Below, piece by piece: positions 28,562 to 37,960 of a stretch of 52,688 bases of DNA (within the stretch, counting starts at the first letter, position 1; each line of letters starts with the position of its first letter). This DNA comes from Bacteroidales bacterium (GTDB lineage Bacteria > Bacteroidota > Bacteroidia > Bacteroidales > Marinilabiliaceae): positions 1-52,688 of the forward strand of contig JAFPDB010000140.1 in the NCBI GenBank assembly GCA_017390085.1. The letters are read 5' to 3'. A model generated the notes under the pieces. The model was not told the origin of the DNA. It saw only the letters and a program-made list of their open reading frames with translations, and did no database searches. The translations under genes and the position numbers were made by a program.

Positions 28562-29806
28562 TTACTGTTTTTTGAGCCAATCTTCGGGGTTTTGCTTCTT
28601 ATCAGCGAGCCAGAGCTCAAAATGAAGGATGTTGGAGTTGATGCCCCCGCCGTTGTAGACCTTTCCGAGGTTGGTGTAGGTGTCGACGGGCTGGTCCTTC
28701 TTTACGTAGACCTCAGCGAGGTTGGAGTAGACGGTCAGGACGTCGCCGTGGCGTATGATAATGGTGGCGCAGCTGCCGGGGATGACGATGACGCGCGATA
28801 CTTTTCCTTTGTGGACGGGGTGTATCGCGTTGCTGGCCAAGATGTCCATGTCGATTCCGTTGTTGCTGATTTTTATTGAGGGGACGAGGGGGTGGTCGTG
28901 CTCTCCGAAGGCGCTGGTGAGTACCCAGCTGCGCACGGGCCAAGGGAGGCGCCCCTTGTTCTCCTTAATCTCGTCGGAAAGCGCGTCAAGGGCCGCAATT
29001 TCGGACTTTTTGGCTTTATCCTTGGCAGTGGATGCTTTCTTGCGTTTTTTGGCCTCTTCGGCCTCCCTGCGCGCTCGTTCGGCCTCTTCGCGGATTACTG
29101 CGACAATCTTTTCTTCAATCTCCTTCGTCTTGCGCTGGGCGGACTCGATGTTTTTCTTCAGGTCGGTCTGGCTTTGGGTAATGCTCTCGACGTTGGCCTT
29201 GCGGACCTTCAGCTCGTTGCTGAGCTTGTTGTTCTCATCATTAACCTTAGCCAAAGAAATGTTTATTGCGGTAAGTTTCTGATTGACAACGCCTTTAAGC
29301 TGCGCCATCTGCTCTTTCGTCTCGTTGAGGGCTCGAAACTGGTCCTTTCGGTATTCGGAGTATTGGCGTAGGAAGAGGTAGCGTTGGTAGCTCTGACTGA
29401 AGGACTTGGAAGAGAGGATGTAGGCCAATGGCGAGTTGTGGCCGCCACGGGCTTGAATCTTGCGGAGCATTTCGGCATACTCCTCTTTTTGGCGTTTGAG
29501 CACCTGACCTACGGAGTCAATCTGGCTGTTGAGTGTGCGTATTTGCGTGTTATAGGCCTGGATTTCTGACGTATAGACTTGAATCAGTGCTTGGCGTTTG
29601 GCAATTTTGTCGTCGACGACGGAGATTCTCATCATCTCGTTGTCGCGCCTGTTGGCGTACTCTTCCATCATCTTGTTGTTTTGCTCGATTAAGGCGAGCA
29701 AGCGCGTCTTCTCGCGATTGAGGTCGTCGAGAGTCTTGGTGGCCTGCGCGTTGGCCACAGAGGGTAGTAGGAGTGCGATGAATATGAAGAATAGCCTGAT
29801 TTTCAT
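28562..29806 (-). CDS. murein hydrolase activator / peptidase M23 family protein (EnvC-like)
   Basis: 414 aa with a signal peptide, a long coiled-coil region rich in K/E/Q, and a C-terminal LytM/M23-like domain. Confidence 0.8.
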   Translation of the reverse strand: MKIRLFFIFIALLLPSVANAQATKTLDDLNREKTRLLALIEQNNKMMEEYANRRDNEMMRISVVDDKIAKRQALIQVYTSEIQAYNTQIRTLNSQIDSVGQVLKRQKEEYAEMLRKIQARGGHNSPLAYILSSKSFSQSYQRYLFLRQYSEYRKDQFRALNETKEQMAQLKGVVNQKLTAINISLAKVNDENNKLSNELKVRKANVESITQSQTDLKKNIESAQRKTKEIEEKIVAVIREEAERARREAEEAKKRKKASTAKDKAKKSEIAALDALSDEIKENKGRLPWPVRSWVLTSAFGEHDHPLVPSIKISNNGIDMDILASNAIHPVHKGKVSRVIVIPGSCATIIIRHGDVLTVYSNLAEVYVKKDQPVDTYTNLGKVYNGGGINSNILHFELWLADKKQNPEDWLKKQ

Positions 29807-29810
29807 TAGG

Positions 29811-30566
29811 TTATTGGTTTAGTCGGATGTCGCTTATGGAGATTTCGGCGTTGGTTTGGTTTTTATTGTTGGCGTTGGCCTTGATTCCGACCGACGTTGG
29901 AAGCCAGTGACCGTCGAAGTCTTTATATTGTGAGACGTTGATTTCCGCGCTTTCGCCCCCTTTGACGCTGACCCTTATCCCTGCTATGGTGAAATCGGCC
30001 GCGTTGATTTGCAGTTCTACAGCCATTTGGTCGTTACGGCGCGACAAGAAGTATTTCCCTTTGGAGGTGAGGGAGATGTCGAACTTGGAGAAATCGCTGT
30101 CGCCGAATAATTTGTATACATTCGGGACAATGCCGAGCAGGATCGACTGGATTAATTCGGAAGCGTCGGGGAATAGTTTTTGTGTTTTATCTAAGTTGAG
30201 CAGGTTGCTTTTGATTGTGGCCTTATCGCCATTGACGGAGACGCTTCCGACGTTGATGGGAGGGAATATTAGTCGCCCCGTTAGTGTTGTCACTCCGCCT
30301 CGGGTGAACTGCACAGATGCTCGGATTGACTGGTCTTTTCCGCCGTATATGACAGACGCCTTGGCGTTTTTGGCCTCGTAGGTCGTGATGTCGTCGAGAC
30401 GAAGGCCGGCCTCGGAAATGCGTTCAAATACCACCCTCCGGCTTGTGGAGAACTTTGTGGACGGGTCCTCGGAGGGTATTCGCCCCGAGCGGCAGCCGGA
30501 CATAAGCGCCACAATCGCGACAGCGCAGCCTAAGGCGCGGAAATGCTGACGCAGGGTGTTCATCAT
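29811..30566 (-). CDS. DUF4292-like lipoprotein
   Basis: 251 aa with a lipoprotein signal (VAIVALMSGC). Its position between the TPR and M23 genes matches the conserved Bacteroidales neighbourhood. The family call is from memory of that synteny. Confidence 0.6.
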   Translation of the reverse strand: MMNTLRQHFRALGCAVAIVALMSGCRSGRIPSEDPSTKFSTSRRVVFERISEAGLRLDDITTYEAKNAKASVIYGGKDQSIRASVQFTRGGVTTLTGRLIFPPINVGSVSVNGDKATIKSNLLNLDKTQKLFPDASELIQSILLGIVPNVYKLFGDSDFSKFDISLTSKGKYFLSRRNDQMAVELQINAADFTIAGIRVSVKGGESAEINVSQYKDFDGHWLPTSVGIKANANNKNQTNAEISISDIRLNQ

Positions 30567-32344
30567 TCTGCAAAGTATTGTTTCTGGGTGAACTTACGCT
30601 CAATGAGCTTATTGGCGGGGTCGAGCTCAAGAGCCAGCCTCCACATGTCGACTGCCTCTTCGACTCGGCCAACTTTGAAGTAGATGTCGCCGCAATGGTC
30701 GTAGTATACGGAGAAATCTATGTTTGCCTGATTCTTCAGCAAATCCATGCACCGCTCCATGACGAAAGTGGCCTCGGAATAGTTTCCCTTGCGGAAGAGC
30801 ACGTAGGCGTAGGTGTCGAGATAGGAGGAATTGAGGGGTTCCATGTCGAGCGCCCTTCGGCTCATGCGCTCGGCCTTATCGAGCTGAATGCCGCGTTGGG
30901 CGAGCTCGTAGGCGTAGTTATTGAGGGCCATTGCGTCGTCGGGGTTCTCGGAGAGGATGTGGTCGAAAACCATCACGGCTTGCGATACGCTGTCTAAGTG
31001 CATGTAGCAGAGGGCCATGCTGTTGAGGACGTCGAGACGGTTAGGCACTGTGCCGTTCTTCTCTTGCTTATTTCCGGCGGACTCCCATATGGAGTAGGCC
31101 GTTTGGAGCGGCTTGAGAGCCCCGGCGTAGTCTTTCCTCTCGGTCAGGAAAAGACCGTGGTAGAATGCCACCGAAGGGTCGTTGGGCAGGTCGTCTGAGG
31201 CCCTGACGCAGCAGGATATCAATTTGTCGAGCGTGGCCTTCTTGTTTTCGGCATCTGCGGCAAGGTAGACACCCTGGTAGTGGGCAATTATCCTAATCCA
31301 GATGTAGTTCGTGCCGGGGTTCTCGGCCACGAACTTTTCAAGCAGCTCGGCACCCAAACTCTCATTATTGTTCTGCGTGAAGTAGCTGTCGGCCAAAGAC
31401 ACGATTTCGGGGTTCGATGGGTACTGCTGAAGTAACGAAGAGAAGACCTTTACAATAAAAGGTCTCCAATTCGCATTGCTAAACATATTACTGTCTCCAA
31501 AAATCTGGTAGACCCTCTGAATCTTGTACACCTCGTTGACCTCTTGCGACATGAAGCCGTCGAGCATGGTCGAGGCGTAGAGGCTGTCCATGGAGAGCAA
31601 GCGATAGGTCTCGGCAAGGAAGAAGAGGTAGACATCGCCATTGGGGCATTTTGTGGACATGACGCCATATTTGACCACTTTCTCGTTATCGCCTGTCGCG
31701 CCGTAAAGGTTCGAAAGCAAGTAGAAAATCTGGGCGTTGCGAGGATACTTCTTTTCGAGAGAGTGGGCGAGCTTTATGGCCTTCTTGATCTTGTTCTGGC
31801 TGGCGTAGATGCTTATTTTGCCAGTTTCGAGCATGAGCTTGGTTTCGGGGTCGTCGGTCTTGAATTTGGAGGCCATTTTGAGGGCTTCATCGTAATGGCC
31901 AAGGTCAATTAAGGCCTCGTATTTGGCAATCTTGCTTTTGTCGTCGTCTGGTTTGAGGGCTATCAGCTTGTCGTAGAGTGCGATAGTCCTCTCCTTTTTG
32001 TTGGCGTTGTTGAGGAAGGCGATGGCGTTGACAATGTAGTTTTCGTTTCCCGTGGTGTCTACCTGGACGGCCTTCTCGGCAAATTCGGCGGCATTGGCGA
32101 AGTCTTGCGTCCCGTTGAGCAGGATTGCCAACTCATTTAGGACGGCTGCATTGTTGGGGTTTCTTTTGACCAAGTAGATGAAAGTGTCGAAGGCTTTTTG
32201 ATAATCGCCTTTGACTTTTGCCTTCAATGCCTCGTGGTAGAGATTCTCGAAGAAATACTCTTGGTCGAAGCCATTATTAGTTTGTGCTGACGCATATTGG
32301 CCTACGAACAGGCACGCCGCTAACGCTATAAATAATCTTCGCAT
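30563..32344 (-). CDS. tetratricopeptide repeat protein
   Basis: 593 aa with a signal peptide and multiple TPR-like A/Y/L-rich 34-aa repeats. Confidence 0.8.
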   Translation of the reverse strand: MRRLFIALAACLFVGQYASAQTNNGFDQEYFFENLYHEALKAKVKGDYQKAFDTFIYLVKRNPNNAAVLNELAILLNGTQDFANAAEFAEKAVQVDTTGNENYIVNAIAFLNNANKKERTIALYDKLIALKPDDDKSKIAKYEALIDLGHYDEALKMASKFKTDDPETKLMLETGKISIYASQNKIKKAIKLAHSLEKKYPRNAQIFYLLSNLYGATGDNEKVVKYGVMSTKCPNGDVYLFFLAETYRLLSMDSLYASTMLDGFMSQEVNEVYKIQRVYQIFGDSNMFSNANWRPFIVKVFSSLLQQYPSNPEIVSLADSYFTQNNNESLGAELLEKFVAENPGTNYIWIRIIAHYQGVYLAADAENKKATLDKLISCCVRASDDLPNDPSVAFYHGLFLTERKDYAGALKPLQTAYSIWESAGNKQEKNGTVPNRLDVLNSMALCYMHLDSVSQAVMVFDHILSENPDDAMALNNYAYELAQRGIQLDKAERMSRRALDMEPLNSSYLDTYAYVLFRKGNYSEATFVMERCMDLLKNQANIDFSVYYDHCGDIYFKVGRVEEAVDMWRLALELDPANKLIERKFTQKQYFAE

Positions 32345-32357
32345 ACGATAAGCCTAA

Positions 32358-32801
32358 TTAATTTACCCCTGAATGTCCAAAACCGCCAATTCCTCTCTCG
32401 CTATCGTCGAGCGACTCCACAGGCTCAAAAACAGCCGTCTCATGACGCGCTATTACCATTTGGCAGATTCTGTCGCCATTGTGGATGGTAAACGGGGTGT
32501 CGGAAAGGTTGACGAGTATTGCGCATATCTCGCCGCGATAGTCAGAATCAATTGTACCTGGGGAGTTGAGCACCGTCACGCCGCTCTTAGCCGCCAGACC
32601 ACTACGCGGACGAATTTGCGCCTCGATGCCTTGCGGAAGCTGTATGTAGAGCCCGGTAGGTACGACAGCCCGAGCGAGGGGCGCGAGGGTGACATCATCG
32701 CTAAGGTTCGCCCTCAAATCCATTCCGGCCGAGCCCGGCGTGGCGTAGGACGGCAGTGGGTTGCGGCTTTTGTTTATGACCTTTATTGTAACGTTGCTCA
32801 T
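32358..32801 (-). CDS. dut: dUTP diphosphatase
   Basis: 147 aa with the [17 protein letters not shown] and [10 protein letters not shown] motifs. Confidence 0.9.
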   Translation of the reverse strand: MSNVTIKVINKSRNPLPSYATPGSAGMDLRANLSDDVTLAPLARAVVPTGLYIQLPQGIEAQIRPRSGLAAKSGVTVLNSPGTIDSDYRGEICAILVNLSDTPFTIHNGDRICQMVIARHETAVFEPVESLDDSERGIGGFGHSGVN

Positions 32802-34261
32802 CTTCTTAAGCGTTTCTTTGTCAGGGTTTTAACGTCGATTTTCTCAATCTTGGCGATTGCGAGGGCCATAATTCCGAGTACGACTGCGGCGGTGAGTGGC
32901 CAAAGCGCCGGGCAGTAGCTCTCTGTCAGGCTTACGCCACCCATCGTGAGGGCTACGACCACGATTCCGACAACCATCAGTTGGCGTACCGGGTATGCCA
33001 CGGGGTAATATTTCTGGCCGACGAAGTAGGTTGTCGTCATCATGACGGCGTAGCCCACGAACGTTGATATTGCCGCGCCAAGGTATCCCATTCGCGGGAT
33101 AAGCATGAAGTTTAGAGCCGTATTTACTGCCAAACCTATGGTGCTCATGATTATGCCCCAATAGGTTCGGTCCGTCAGCTTATACCAAAGCGAGATTGAG
33201 TAGTAGACGCCGAAAAAGAGCTGGCCAATGAGAATCCAAGGGATTATGGCCGTACCCTCAAAGTAGCTCTGCGGCAAGAAGTTGCGGAGCAGCGGCATGA
33301 AGAGCATGACTCCGGCGAATATGAAAAGCCCGAAATAGACGAACCATTTGAGGGCGACTCCATAGACGTCGTTTTTTGCTTTCTCCTTGTTCTCCTTGAA
33401 GAAGAATGGCTCGAACGCCATGCGGAAGCTCTGGGTGAAAATCGACATGAGCACGCCTATTTTGTAGCAAGCGGCGTAGATGCCGAGGGCGGCGAGCGGA
33501 TCGGCCGACGGGTCGAGATGCTTGATGAGAATCTTTTCGATATTGGTGTTGGCCTGGCCGAAGAATCCCATGCCCACAAGGGGGAGGCTGTAAACCAAGG
33601 CTTTGCGGAGTATATCGGCATCGCCCTCGGTCATGACGGCCGCTATGCGGGGCAAGAAATAGAGCGTTGAGAATAGCGAGCCTGCCAGATTGGCGAGCAT
33701 CATGTAGGTTATGTCGTCCACAGAGCCGAAGACGCCCCCCCGATGACGAAGCCAGAAGAGGAAAAAGACGGTCAAGAGGACGTTGACGAGAACCTGCCCC
33801 AGGCGCAAGAGCGCGTAGGCCAAAGACTTGCGTAGGTAGCGGAGCTCGGCAAAGAAGATGGCGTTGTAGGAATCGAGAAGCACGATGCCGGCCATTATGG
33901 CCAGATAGGCGCCACTCTGAGGCCCGAAGTCGAAATCGATGAGCCAACAGCAAGGCTCGGGAAAGAAGAGCGCAACAAGAAGCAGCCCGAGGCCGAAGAG
34001 GAAAACGGTCTTGGAGAGCGTGCCGAGCAGGCGGTCGCGGTTGTCGTCGGTAGCGAAACGGAAATAGCCGGTCTCGAAACCGAGGGTCACGACGACGAGG
34101 AAAATGGCAATCCAGCTGTAGACGTAGGAGAAAGTGCCATAGACGGCTTGCGAGACCACCCTGACGTAGAGCGGCATCATGAGCCAGCCGATAAGACGGC
34201 TCAAGATTGTGCTTGCGCCGTAGACTACGGTGTCGGAGGCCAGTGTTTTGAGTTTTCCCAT
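32798..34261 (-). CDS. oligosaccharide/polysaccharide flippase family membrane protein (Wzx/MOP superfamily)
   Basis: 487 aa, multi-pass hydrophobic, with a MOP-flippase-like N-terminus ([25 protein letters not shown]). Confidence 0.75.
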   Translation of the reverse strand: MGKLKTLASDTVVYGASTILSRLIGWLMMPLYVRVVSQAVYGTFSYVYSWIAIFLVVVTLGFETGYFRFATDDNRDRLLGTLSKTVFLFGLGLLLVALFFPEPCCWLIDFDFGPQSGAYLAIMAGIVLLDSYNAIFFAELRYLRKSLAYALLRLGQVLVNVLLTVFFLFWLRHRGGVFGSVDDITYMMLANLAGSLFSTLYFLPRIAAVMTEGDADILRKALVYSLPLVGMGFFGQANTNIEKILIKHLDPSADPLAALGIYAACYKIGVLMSIFTQSFRMAFEPFFFKENKEKAKNDVYGVALKWFVYFGLFIFAGVMLFMPLLRNFLPQSYFEGTAIIPWILIGQLFFGVYYSISLWYKLTDRTYWGIIMSTIGLAVNTALNFMLIPRMGYLGAAISTFVGYAVMMTTTYFVGQKYYPVAYPVRQLMVVGIVVVALTMGGVSLTESYCPALWPLTAAVVLGIMALAIAKIEKIDVKTLTKKRLRR

Positions 34262-34308
34262 TTCTTTTATTCTGTCGGAATCGGTGCTACGCGGCTATGA
34301 TTGTCGTC

Positions 34309-35355
34309 TCAGTTGTCTTGGCCGGACAGATCCTGATAGTTGAAAAGATTTAGTGATTCGGGTTTATACCCCTTGCGACCGGTATGCTCATAAGCGGCGG
34401 CCGTTGCCATTCGCCCTCGTGGGGTACGTTTTATGAAGCCACTTTGTATGAGATATGGTTCGTAGACGTCCTCAACCGTGCCGGCGTCCTCGCCTATTGC
34501 CGTCGCAATTGTGGAGACGCCTACTGGACCGCCTCCAAACTTGTCGATTATGGTGAGGAGTATCTTTAGGTCCATCTCGTCAAGTCCGTAGTTGTCGATA
34601 TTGAGGGCGTTGAGGCTGGTGTCGGTTATCTTCTTGTCGATATGACCGTCGCCCACAACTTGCGCAAAGTCCCGGACGCGGCGCAAAAGGGCGTTGGCGA
34701 TACGTGGCGTGCCGCGGCTTCGCATGGCTATGGCGAGGCACGAATCGTCGTCTATCCTTACGCCGAGGATTCCCGCCGACCGCTTGACAATCTTTGCTAC
34801 GAGCTCAGCGTCGTAGTACTCGAGGTGGCACTTGATACCGAAACGGGCGCGCAAAGGGCTGGTCAGCAATCCGCTTCTGGTAGTGGCCCCCACGAGCGTG
34901 AAGGGGTTGAGGGGGATTTGGACGGTGCGGGCGCTGGGGCCCTTGTCGATCATGATGTCGATTCGGAAGTCCTCCATTGCGGAGTAGAGATACTCTTCGA
35001 CCTCGGAACTCAGGCGGTGAATCTCGTCGATGAATAGCACGTCGTTGGGTTCGAGCGAGGTTAGCAGGCCTGCGAGGTCGCCCGGCTTGTCGATAACGGG
35101 GCCGCTCGTCGTCTTCATGCTGACGCCCATCTGGTTGGCGATGATGTTGGAGAGGGTTGTCTTGCCGAGTCCCGGTGGGCCGTAGAGGAGGGTGTGGTCG
35201 AGCGGCTCGCCCCTCATCTTGGCGGCGGCTACGAAAATGCGCAGATTGGAAACGACGCCGCTCTGACCCGTGAAATCGTCGAAGGTCAGGGGGCGCAGCG
35301 TTTTATCGTACTCTTGGTCGGGTGTGTTCTCTTTCCTGATGTCTATTCCGTCCAA
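34309..35355 (-). CDS. ruvB: Holliday junction branch migration DNA helicase RuvB
   Basis: 348 aa with Walker [10 protein letters not shown], Walker [10 protein letters not shown] and RuvB-like termini. Confidence 0.9.
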   Translation of the reverse strand: MDGIDIRKENTPDQEYDKTLRPLTFDDFTGQSGVVSNLRIFVAAAKMRGEPLDHTLLYGPPGLGKTTLSNIIANQMGVSMKTTSGPVIDKPGDLAGLLTSLEPNDVLFIDEIHRLSSEVEEYLYSAMEDFRIDIMIDKGPSARTVQIPLNPFTLVGATTRSGLLTSPLRARFGIKCHLEYYDAELVAKIVKRSAGILGVRIDDDSCLAIAMRSRGTPRIANALLRRVRDFAQVVGDGHIDKKITDTSLNALNIDNYGLDEMDLKILLTIIDKFGGGPVGVSTIATAIGEDAGTVEDVYEPYLIQSGFIKRTPRGRMATAAAYEHTGRKGYKPESLNLFNYQDLSGQDN

Positions 35356-35388
35356 AGGTTTTGCGGTTTTTAGCGAAAAAAAGAGAGG

Positions 35389-35769
35389 TTAGATTTCCAT
35401 GACCTTGTAGTGGCGGACCATCTCTATGAAGCTGTCGGCATCGAAAGGCTTGGGCAAATACTCGTCCATCCCGGCCTCGATGCACTTGGCGCGCTCGCTG
35501 TCGTAGACGTTGCTCGTAAGGCCGATGATAAACGATCGCTTGTTGCCGGACGATTTCTCGTATTCACGTATTTTTTGGGTGGCCTCGTAGCCGTTGAGTT
35601 CAGGCATCATGATGTCCATCAGGATGACGTCGTAGAAGTTGGCGATGGCCTTGTCGACGGCCATTTGGCCGTCGTCGGCCATGTCGGCCTCCACGCCAAT
35701 GTGGCGCAGGGTGTAGAACATCATCTTTTGGCTCAACTTGTTGTCTTCGACTAACAACATCTTGCTCAT
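35389..35769 (-). CDS. stand-alone response regulator receiver protein
   Basis: 126 aa. It is a CheY-like REC domain with LLVEDN, phospho-acceptor LMDIMMP and conserved PKPF. No output domain is present. Confidence 0.85.
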   Translation of the reverse strand: MSKMLLVEDNKLSQKMMFYTLRHIGVEADMADDGQMAVDKAIANFYDVILMDIMMPELNGYEATQKIREYEKSSGNKRSFIIGLTSNVYDSERAKCIEAGMDEYLPKPFDADSFIEMVRHYKVMEI

Positions 35770-35798
35770 TGGGAATAGGAATTGAAAATCGGATATGG

Positions 35799-36797
35799 TT
35801 ATTTAGCAAAATTCTTTGAAAGCTCGAGCATCGCGTCGATAGGGCGTCGAGCCTTGGCTGCCACCTCGGGTGCCACATTGACCTCGGGCCACTCGTATTT
35901 GAGAGTGAGATAGATTTTCTCCAACGTATTGAGCTTCATGAAGTTGCAATTGTTGCAACCGCAAGTGGAGTCGATTGGCGGGGCCGCGATGAGCTCACGG
36001 TCGGGAAACGACTTGCGCATCTGGTGGAGGATTCCGCTCTCGGTAGCTACAATGAAACGCTTGGCCTTGCTCTTGCCTATGTGGGAGAGCAGGGCTGCCG
36101 TTGAGCCCACGAAATCGGCAAGCACGATTATCTGGTGCTTGCACTCGGGATGTGCAATGAGCTCGGCGTCAGGATAGGTCTTTTTGAGGTCGATAATCTT
36201 TTCGAGGCTGAACTGCTCGTGGACGTGGCAAGCGCCGTCCCAAAGGAGCATCTGGCGACCCGTCTGGGCGTTGATGTAGGAGCCCAGGTTACGGTCGGGG
36301 CCGAAGATTATCTTCTCGTCTTTTGGGAAGGAGTTGACGACCTGGAGAGCGTTGGTGCTGGTGACAACGACGTCGGTCATGGCCTTAATCTCGGCCGACG
36401 TGTTGACGTAGCTTACGACCTTATGGCCAGGGTTTTGGGCTAAGAAACGTGCGAAGTCGTCGGGCTGGCAACTGTCGGCGAGGGAGCATCCGGCGTTGAA
36501 GTCGGGAATCAGGACTTTCTTGTCGGGATTGAGTATTTTGACGGTCTCGCCCATGAAGTGCACTCCCGCCAGTAGTATGATGTCGGCTTGGATGCCGACG
36601 GCCTTTTGCGCCAGGGCGAGACTGTCGCCTATAATGTCGGCAATGTCCTGAATGTCGGCCGTCTGGTAGTAATGTGCCATGAGGACGGCATTCTTCTGCT
36701 TCTTGAGCTTTTCGATTTCGGCCAGAAGGTCGATACCTTCAGGAATGGGCTCGCAGACGTAACCCTTCTCCTGCCATGTTTGCTTGACGGTCATCAT
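35799..36797 (-). CDS. nadA: quinolinate synthase
   Basis: 332 aa, NadA-like throughout (VLMAHYYQ, HFMGETVK, GACHVHEQF, CGCNNCNFMK). Confidence 0.9.
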   Translation of the reverse strand: MMTVKQTWQEKGYVCEPIPEGIDLLAEIEKLKKQKNAVLMAHYYQTADIQDIADIIGDSLALAQKAVGIQADIILLAGVHFMGETVKILNPDKKVLIPDFNAGCSLADSCQPDDFARFLAQNPGHKVVSYVNTSAEIKAMTDVVVTSTNALQVVNSFPKDEKIIFGPDRNLGSYINAQTGRQMLLWDGACHVHEQFSLEKIIDLKKTYPDAELIAHPECKHQIIVLADFVGSTAALLSHIGKSKAKRFIVATESGILHQMRKSFPDRELIAAPPIDSTCGCNNCNFMKLNTLEKIYLTLKYEWPEVNVAPEVAAKARRPIDAMLELSKNFAK

Positions 36798-36896
36798 TTC
36801 TGTTTGTTGCCAAAAGCGGACGGTAACTTCCGCCTCACTCTTCAGGGTGATTGTGTCCTAGTGACTGTGGTACATACTACCCAAAAGGTACAATTA

Positions 36897-36904
36897 CAAA
36901 GCTA
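36897..36904 (-). promoter_or_regulatory. candidate -7 promoter box (TAGCTTTG) for nadA
   Basis: Minus-strand TAGCTTTG matches TAnnTTTG about 100 nt upstream of the nadA ATG. No clean -33 box is present. Confidence 0.3.
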
Positions 36905-37005
36905 ACTAATTTATTTTGCTTTCTGACATCCGAAACCCCACTACGGCTCGTATTCGTTAATTGGCCTCTGATATCAACTATGATTTTGATACCGACTGAC
37001 CACTT

Positions 37006-37076
37006 ATATATTATTAATTCCTCATTTACTCTTTAAATAGGAATAATAATAATATAGTCCGTCAATCATGTCAGCA
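37006..37076 (+). repeat. AT-rich palindromic header module, copy A
   Basis: The core tactctttaaataggaataataataatatagtccgtcaatcatgtcag has about 44/48 identity to copy B. It has an internal imperfect inverted repeat (atattattaattcc / ggaataataataatat). Confidence 0.8.
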
Positions 37077-37485
37077 ACAACAAGTTGCTCCCCACCACCC
37101 TACTCGTCCATTGACACCGCCTCGCTGTTAACAAACTGCGCAATCAACTTCAATTTGCGACATAAAACAGTGAGAAACAGCAAATTAACAATCGTATTGT
37201 CAATTGTCGATAACGTAGCCTAACATTACCGACAACCCTGCTCGACCTGTCAGTAAACCATCCAAAACTGTCGGCAACGCACATAATAACGCCCTGCGAA
37301 ACTGACAGGCGAACGTATCTGACAACACGGTCGTCCTTTATTGACAACCTATGTTCTCCAAAATGGACCGAAACTGACCGTTTGAGACGAGAAACTGACA
37401 GGCTCGCCCGCAAAGGGTGGATGCTTTTCGGCCAAAGTCCATTACGAGTGTCAATAACAACCCCCAAAGGGTTACCAACGTCTCA

Positions 37486-37556
37486 ATATTATTATTACTC
37501 ATTACTTACTCTTTAAAAGGAATAATAATAATATAGCTCGTCAATCTTGTCAGTAA
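37486..37556 (+). repeat. AT-rich palindromic header module, copy B
   Basis: The core tactctttaaaaggaataataataatatagctcgtcaatcttgtcag lies 480 bp downstream of copy A in the same orientation. Confidence 0.8.
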
Positions 37557-37952
37557 AACCCACCTGCACACCCATAGCCCGCCATATACTGACAATCTCC
37601 CCACAACACGCCAACCGCACCCCGTGCGCTGCGCAAAGTCAACCCATTGAACCACAACCCACTGACAGCACCAGTGTCAATTGTTCAAAACGCAAGGTCT
37701 GCAACCCAGCAACCATTGCGGCCTTGTTTGTAAAACGGCCGCGCCTGTCCATAAGCTGGCGATAACGCGCCCACATACTGACAGCCCGACGCAACGAACA
37801 ACACTAATCAGGAATCTGACTGCGAAACTGTCCACTCGCCTCCGACAAACTGACATCCCGACCTGATAAACCAACAGAGCCGCCCTGAAACGCTTACGCA
37901 ATAACACTCCCCTCCCCAGGTAGAAACCAACAGATTATCTATTTGATTTTCA

Positions 37953-37960
37953 TAATTTTG
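37953..37960 (+). promoter_or_regulatory. candidate -7 promoter box (TAATTTTG) for hemW
   Basis: Matches TAnnTTTG about 82 nt upstream of the hemW ATG at 38042. Confidence 0.3.

Noticed and set aside
37006-37556. CRISPR array.
   Set aside because: There are only two repeat copies, of about 70 bp each and AT-rich, spaced 480 bp apart. The spacers are themselves homologous to each other, and no cas genes are in the window.
37150-37907. Tracked ORFs inside the nadA-hemW spacer: 37150..37467(-), 37547..37765(+), 37677..37907(-), 37681..37866(+), plus 37808..38470(-), which runs antisense into hemW.
   Set aside because: Several start at non-ATG codons. None has a recognisable domain, signal or plausible composition. 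Their apparent LSVS/SVSV repeats are simply the CTGACA DNA motif read in one frame, and the two tandem units do not conserve any reading frame.
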